Shown here one piece after another: positions 56,736 through 64,000 of a stretch of DNA of 64,000 nucleotides. The stretch is taken from positions 145,576,001 to 145,640,000 of the forward strand of contig OX597815.1 of NCBI GenBank assembly GCA_951406725.2. The letters are read 5' to 3'. Under the pieces are notes generated by a model, which worked only from the letters and a program-made list of their open reading frames with translations, searched no databases and was not told the DNA's origin. The first letter of the stretch is position 1. Each line of letters begins with the position of its first letter. The stretch comes from Octopus vulgaris. Lineage: Eukaryota. The position numbers were made by a program, and so were the translations under genes.

Positions 56736-57378
56736 AATGTGAGGATAAAATTATTTTCGAAAAAAAATATTTTTTCTCGAAAAAAATTTTATCAATGGCC
56801 AGCATATTAAAAAATACCTTTAACGGTTAAATTTATAAACAATTCATAAATGAGGAAAGGAAAAAATTTCTAATGCCGAATATGCCGAAAAATTGGACAT
56901 ATTGTCCATTAACCATATAATTTTTTCACAACACGCACGCTACTGAAAAAAGGTCGACAGAAATTTCTAAAAATTCCATTATTACCATATCGGACCGATT
57001 TCAGAGTTAGCTACTAAGAGCCCTCTCTTCGTCAGTGATACATGTGGCAAAAGAAATAAATGAGATACTTACTCATACCCATGTTGATAAGTAAAAGTAT
57101 AACTAGACACATAGACACAAACTATGCTTCTTCCATGGGTATGAGTAAGTATCTCATTTATTTCTTTTGCCACATGTATCACTGACGAAGAGAGGGCTTT
57201 TAGTAGCTAACTCTGAAATCGGTCCGATATGGTAATAATGGAATTTTTTAGAAATTTCTGTCGACCTTTTTTCGAGTAGCGTGCGTATTGTGAAAAAAAT
57301 TATATGGTTAATGGACAATATGTCCAATTTTTCGGCATATTTGGCATTAGAAATTTTTTTCCTTTGCCCTCATTTATG

Positions 57379-57382
<4 letters not shown>
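56713..57382. repeat. Fold-back pLTR (arms ~245 bp); direct partial copy at 50068-50531
   Basis: 56840-57083 is the near-perfect reverse complement of 57133-57382. Both flanks are (TA)n. Confidence 0.9.
57177..57229 (+). ncRNA. Hammerhead motif; inverted copies at 56988-57040 (-) and 50441-50493 (-)
   Basis: UAUCA-CUGACGA-AGAG...CUCU-GAAA-UCGG-UC-CGAUA, with a GUC cleavage triplet. Confidence 0.65.
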
Positions 57383-57423
<41 letters not shown>

Positions 57424-57427
57424 TACA

Positions 57428-57481
<54 letters not shown>

Positions 57482-57726
57482 TACTTTAGTAATTGACCAA
57501 CTAATGACAATGATATGCAGGTTGGCAGCATATAGTTTGTGTCTATGTGTCTAGTTATACTTTTACTTATCAACAGTATCGAGAAGTTTATTGTGAATCC
57601 TCTACAACGCACAAATATATTACAGTCAATGTAGTACGCGCGAGTGTACACACACAAACAAACACACACACACACCCATACACGCACGCACATACACATA
57701 CACACACACAAGCACACACACACATA

Positions 57727-57771
<45 letters not shown>

Positions 57772-58369
57772 GAAGGACCTGTTTGACGCAACGACAACTT
57801 ATCCCATATCGGTAAAAATGAGCCTCCAGCCTATTGGCAAATATTCAATGAATCACAGAAATCTTTACATTCTCTAACTCACAGTTTGGTCTCTTTCTGT
57901 CGTCTCTAATAATATTACGACATTCTCTGTAACCTCTGACCTACCTAGCTACATATCACTTCATTTAATCAAACCCTGATTCTTCTACCTTTTCTCCTCT
58001 CGTTTCCTCTACAGTGTCTGCTACAAATAAGCACCAAGTCACATGAGCCTACAACAGGGTCTATACTGAATCAACGATCAGTTAGAAATAGCAGCTAAAT
58101 CTTCTTGCTTGCAAAGTGCGCTGTACTTTGTCTTAAACAAATAAAGAAACATTGAATAGTGTAATTCTAGGAAGATTAATTCTTGAAGAAAACCCACTAA
58201 AACCCTGGGTGATTATAATTTGGTACATAAAACATATGGAGGAAAGTGCTTTATGAACCTACACAAACATATGTTATAATAAATAAAAATGGAGATTGTG
58301 TGTATGTTTCTGTTTGCGCTTCTGTGTTTGTGCTTCTGTTTGTGTCCTTCATTGCACCCAGACAGGGCA

Positions 58370-58697
58370 AACCTCCGCCAAGGCAACACCTACGTCCTCT
58401 CAACGATTATCGAGAGAGGGTTTATAAAATGAGAATATCTGAAATAAACTCGACTGCTCTCACAAACGAGAATACTAAAAATGAGCTCAACCGCTCTCAA
58501 AAATTAACTGAAAAAACCGGAAAAATAATCCAGAATCCTTGTCCAGAATCAGTTCGTGCCAGTCACGAGGCCAAACATCTCTGAAAGTTTCATCCGAATA
58601 CAGCCTGCGGTTCTTGAGATATCTTGTCTGAGGACAGACAAACAAACAAACGCGTCTGAAAACAATACCTCCGTCTTCACTAACGCGGAGGTAATAA
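58370..58697. mobile_element. Helentron/HINE-like non-autonomous element
   Basis: acctccgccaagg at one end and hairpin tacctccg...cggaggtaa at the other, with the typical aagtttcatccgaat...gacagacaaacaaacaaac body. Confidence 0.55.
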
Positions 58698-58806
58698 ATC
58701 ATCTTTTTTTTTTTTAATGTATATAGTCAACACCCATCCATACGCACGCACTAATACGTATATGCATGACTGCATGTATTTATCCATCCATCCGCTCATC
58801 TGTCTG

Positions 58807-58926
<120 letters not shown>

Positions 58927-58927
58927 C

Positions 58928-58970
<43 letters not shown>

Positions 58971-59667
58971 GTCGGTTTATCAGCTGAGTCTATCGTCAAT
59001 ATTGTCACGCCTCCTTCCTTCAAACGGGAAGGAAGAGCTATTTTCATCATCCTTGTGGCTATGGCGAAAGAATGTATCTGGTGGACGCGTCTGAAAGGAT
59101 TGGAGACAAACACTTTCCTCTCTGGTCAATCTCTCATCAACTTCTTCAAGTACCACTTGAAAAGGAAAGTGAGAGTAGAGAGGCAAGTTTTGTCTAGCGA
59201 ATGTTTTAAAAAAAGATGGGTGAATGTAGCAAGAATGGCACGTATGAATGACGAAGCCACCTTGAGCATAATCCTATGGACCCAGAAATTGAAAACAGAG
59301 ATTTGCTTATTTGCAAAAAAAAAAAAAAAAAAAAGAAATATAAAATGTGACTTCATTGACCGAGGTTACCGTGGTGTTTTCCGTAGGCTTTTCTTTCCAC
59401 GGGTAAACCTCACCTGTCCTCCCCTTTACACTTCATATTGACATTTCTGTGATAACGATCCCTATTGATAAATTTTTTTTTCCTCTCCCCACTTTTTTTA
59501 ACCCCCATTTTTTGTCCTCTTTCTCTCCTTTTACGATCCCTTTTGATCGAAACTCCCCCCTTTCCTTTTTTTTCCTTTTTTTTTTTTTTTTTAAACCTTC
59601 AAAAGAAAAGCTCTACCTTGTAATTTGTTCTATCTGTGTGCAGCCCTGTATGGCTAATAAAGAAACA

Positions 59668-59669
<2 letters not shown>
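58971..59669 (+). mobile_element. Tx1/L1-group LINE 3' fragment (ORF2 C-terminus plus 3' UTR) within (TATC)n
   Basis: AMAKECIWWTRLKGLETNTFLSGQSLINFFKYHLKRKVRVERQVLSSECFKKRW fits the L1/Tx1 K..IW..R C-terminal pattern. (TATC)n on both flanks. Confidence 0.8.
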
Positions 59670-59734
<65 letters not shown>

Positions 59735-59875
59735 GTCTGTCTTTCTAGCTAACTTGATAGCTGTATGTCTATTAATCTGTCTATGTATATGTCTCATTCT
59801 GTCTGTCATTCTCTCTCTTTGTCTGCCTCTCTGTCTGTGTATCTGTCTGTGTGTCTGTCTTGGGCTGTCTGCATG

Positions 59876-59950
<75 letters not shown>

Positions 59951-60618
59951 TCTCTCTTTCTCTATCTCTCAATCTGTATCTATCTTCTTGCCCATCTGTC
60001 TGTCTGCCCACTTCTCTCTCTGTATCTATCTGTATCTATCTTCCTATCTATCTGTATGACTCTGTCAGGCTGTCGATCTTTAGAAGCTTCTAGGCACACA
60101 TATGCAATCATACCTTACTAAGATTAGCTGCACACACGTACATACTTAACTGTAATATTCATTAAAGCACACAAATACACGAACATACGTGATTAAACAC
60201 ACAGTAAAATACAATACATACATCTACCTACCAGTACATATATAAATTTCTACAAGTACATATAAACATAAATATATTCATACATATACAAACATAAACA
60301 CAGATACACATACATTCAGCAATACGACCGTAGACATAGTAACGCTACTCTCCGTTTAAAAGCAATTAAACTATGAATTTTAAATATGGTAATCAGATCG
60401 TTATATTTTGACAATTTTGATATTTTATTAATAAAATTTGCTTTGATTATTATAATTTCTCATAAAATAAGTGAAATATTACAACAATAAACTTGTGCTG
60501 AATCGAAATAAATATGGCCGCCGTGTTTCAATCAATGGCAGTATGAATCTAATTGTTGAGTTAAAACAGTAGTAGTATTCATCAGACAGTTATTCTTCCG
60601 ACTGTTAACCTCCTTCCC

Positions 60619-60764
<146 letters not shown>

Positions 60765-60796
60765 AGTCTGTCTGTCAGTCTGTCTGTCTGTCTGTC

Positions 60797-61655
60797 TGGG
60801 CGTCGACGATGAAGACTTGATCCGCTTGTTCAGGACAACTTTTGGACCTGGACCTATGGACAATCACCAGAGATCCCTGGCCTGGCAGTGGTATCGAGAA
60901 ACAATACCTGTTCGGGATAAGCTCTACAGGCACGGTTCGAGTCACACCAGACCGACTTGCCCGAGATGCGGTCAGAGCGACGAAACCGTCCTGCACGCAC
61001 TTGTGCAGTGTCCAACCATTTCAGACCTGTGGGCTTATTCCGAACGGCTGCTGTCACATGTAGGATGAGTCCACCTGTCGGCCGCGTCTATATAGAGAAT
61101 TGCTCCGCCACCTTCTCTCAACCGGGAATGCAAGGCAGTCTTCATCGTACTGATGGTCAAGGGGAAAGAATGTGTGTGGTGGACTCGAGCGAAAGGTTTA
61201 GAGACAAACACTTAGCTCTGTGGCCAATCACTCATCAACGTTTTCAAGTACCACTTGAAAAGGAAGGTGAGAATGGAGAGGCACGTTTTGTATCGTGGAA
61301 GTTTCAGAAAAAGGTGGGTGAATGTAGCAAAGATGGTGCGTGCGAGTAACGAAACCACTTTGAGCATGATCCTGTAAATCGAAAAAAAGAGAAAGTGAGA
61401 GCTTTTTGCTCTCATATGTTTATTTCCTCCCTGTCTGAGTTTACCGTGGTCTTTTCCGTAGGCTTTTCTTTCCGCGGATAAACATAAAAATTCTTCTGTG
61501 ATATACGATCCCTTTTGATGGTATTTTTTTCCGATCCCTTTTGATCGGAATTCTTACTTTTTTTCCCCTTTTTCTTTCTCATTTTCGAAAAGAAAAGCTC
61601 TACATTTGTATTTGTCCCCTCTTTGTTCAGCTCTGCGAGGCCAATAAAGGAAGTT
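60797..61655 (+). mobile_element. Tx1/L1-group LINE 3' fragment including the CCHC zinc finger (zf-RVT-like)
   Basis: QRSLAWQWYRETIPVRDKLYRHG...TCPRCGQSDETVLHALVQCPTISDLW followed by KECVWWTR...FRKRW. Flanked by (TGTC)n/(TATC)n and (CCTA)n. Confidence 0.82.
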
Positions 61656-63434
61656 ACCTACCTACCTACCTACCTACCTACCTACCTACCTACCTACCTA
61701 CCTACCTACCTACCTACCTACCTGCCTACCTACCTACCTACCTACCTACCTACCTACCTACCTACCTACCTACCTATCTATCTATCTATCTATCTAGCTC
61801 TCTATCTAACTATCTATCCTGGTATACTGTTAACTCTGTCTGTCCGCCTCTGTGTTAATCTATTTGAGTACCTGTGTTAATGCATATGTCTGTCTGTCTT
61901 CTTATCTCTCTATTTCTTATCAGTTCCCTTTATGTATTGTTTGCAACAGTAAATTTCTTTAAACTTATCAACGTTTCAATACCATCCTAGTCTTATCTTT
62001 TGGCCGAAATAATTTTACTGACGCTTGTTATCTTTTTGATTGCAGGCAAGAATTATCGACAGCACACTGTTGTGTCTATTTCTCATTCGTTATTACAGGT
62101 CCTGAGACTCGTTTGACCGACCGTTAACAACAGGTATTGTTTTCCAGTAATGAGGAAATAGTCTGGCTGTAATGTCTGGGATTAATGTCACTAGAATATG
62201 TCTAGAACTTTTGAAGCTTGCAATTATATTTTGTGACTAATATAGCTTTTTAGAAATCAGTGAGTTCTTTTTTTTCCCCAAGTGGTGATAACTCTCCGCA
62301 GCAGTGGTACGATGAGCTTTTCCACATAGTTGTAATTATTGTTGTTGTTTAACTTCAGCCAGACGTGATTGAACAGACCTACTATCAAAGTCGTTCCAGA
62401 CATGGCAATTTCGTCTTCTGGCACATCTAGAAAATTTTCTAGCGTTTCATTGGTTAACGTTTCCTTGGTTCTTTGAGAAACAGTAAAGTACGATTTGAGA
62501 GATTCTTGGAGCGTCATGATTATACATCAACTTCTAATTTCTTGCTTTTCTGTTGAACTTTCCAAGGACTTTTGAACTGCAGAGGTTAGGTAGTAGAGTA
62601 CTGACCCATAGTATATTCTGCTTCTTCACATTCATAAGTGCTTACGCCGGTCTTGTAGCCCCTATCTGACCAAAGCAACTTTTGGTCGTTCCGTTCTAGT
62701 TGCCATGGGCTTGAATGTCTTATACTAAATCCATGATGCTTCAATTGGAGCAGGGTTGTTCTCAAGTTTCCGTCCAGAGCTGCAGTTTGGTTTCTTACTG
62801 AGAAATTGTTAAGGGCTGGATGGAAAAAGCTGAGGAAGCCTCTTTTTGACTTCACTCGTTGGGCTAACGGATGACGTTAACAGCAGAGTAGGAGCTCATC
62901 ACTAGCAGCCTTTGTCATCTATGCTTAACTGAGGAACAAGGTAGACGTTTTCACGTCACGGTTCCTCTCACCAAATATTTCGTTTACCTGCGAATTCTAC
63001 CAAATACTTTGAAGGCAAGTTGCATATGCTGCGACTGTATGAAGCCCCCTCCCCGCACCAGATTCGGTCAATATAGTTTTGTTTTGTGATGAATTATATA
63101 ATGCGTTAGAAACTGTTTTTTGTTGCTGATGCATGGTCAACCAACCAGAAACAGTGATACAAGTTTGACCAATTTAAACGTTAGAAATTTTAAATTTACA
63201 ATTTTCTCAATTATATTTGAGTTTGTAAATTACATTATTAGTCAACCAAAATCTAATTCAACAATTTGCAGCTTTATTGGTGAGGAGATTTTTAATGTTC
63301 ATTTAATATATTATTAGATTATATAATTAATGCTATGAGGTTATTGGTGAAGAATAATGTACAATGCGTTCCTTTGATGAGCCTTCAGATAATTGTGTTC
63401 AGCTATTATATACAACCAGAAATGCATTTAGCTG

Positions 63435-63475
<41 letters not shown>

Positions 63476-64000
63476 TGCATATATGTATGTATGTATGTAT
63501 GTATATATGTGTGCGTCTTTGTGTGTGCGTTTGTATGTGTATGTATAGTTTTTTACTGGGTATTATAAATGTATTTATTGTGCTGAATTTGTTTGTGTAA
63601 TATTGTATAATTTGGACTACTGAATTATTACAGTATCCGTTATTGACTAGCAACTAGCTTTTGTTTTAACGTATCGTATTAATTTCTTTGTGAAGTGCTG
63701 CGTTTGTTGTGAAGAATAAAAGGCCTGCGGTATGGATTTTATGGCTGAAATTTTATATCTATGTAAACATTCACTATCCCAATATATGCATAAACATTTA
63801 TTGGCGTTTTCGTGTACACTATACTGGTGAATTTCCTTTCATTTCTTTTATTTTTTGGGCTTTCTGAATACTCGTTACTTAGTGGTTGGTGTGTTGAACT
63901 CAAAGTTATAGGGCCGCCGGTTCGATTCACGGACGAGGTGGCATGCTGTGCCGTTCAGCAAAGCGCTTTTTTTTCCATGCTGTTCTACTCTTCTGTACCA

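Noticed and set aside
62000-62950. Minus-strand ORFs 62257-62517 and 62586-62855 as host exons
   Set aside because: No similarity to NR2 or any family I recognise. The nearby FPHYWKTIPVV suggests a heavily decayed LINE, but too weakly to call.

Overview
Eukaryotic, AT-rich DNA saturated with microsatellites. The repeat content (tRNA-derived SINE families, (TA)n/(CA)n/(TATC)n/(TACA)n/(AAT)n arrays) points to an octopus or other coleoid cephalopod genome; this is an inference. Almost all ORFs in the supplied track are microsatellite translations. The only host-gene sequence I can support is two minus-strand coding exons of an NMDA-type glutamate receptor subunit 2 (invertebrate Nmdar2/GluN2-like): 10752-10987 (end of S2, M4, Cys cluster) and 4060-4223 (SMGKSLTF...HRCKDPLC...coiled coil). 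The rest appears intronic and holds Penelope-like element (PLE) RT, GIY-YIG and pseudo-LTR (pLTR) fragments, R4/Dong-like and Tx1-like LINEs sitting in specific microsatellites, CR1-group tails, mariner/Tc1 relics, Helitron/Helentron-type elements, three SINE families and a G-rich ~21-bp minisatellite. The most striking signal is about 20 minimal type-I hammerhead-ribozyme (HHR) motifs from at least 7 unrelated repeat families. Many lie in long fold-back inverted repeats, and one is fused downstream of a tRNA-derived Pol III head, giving a SINE/retrozyme-like unit next to the M4 exon. All RNA structures were read by eye and are untested.
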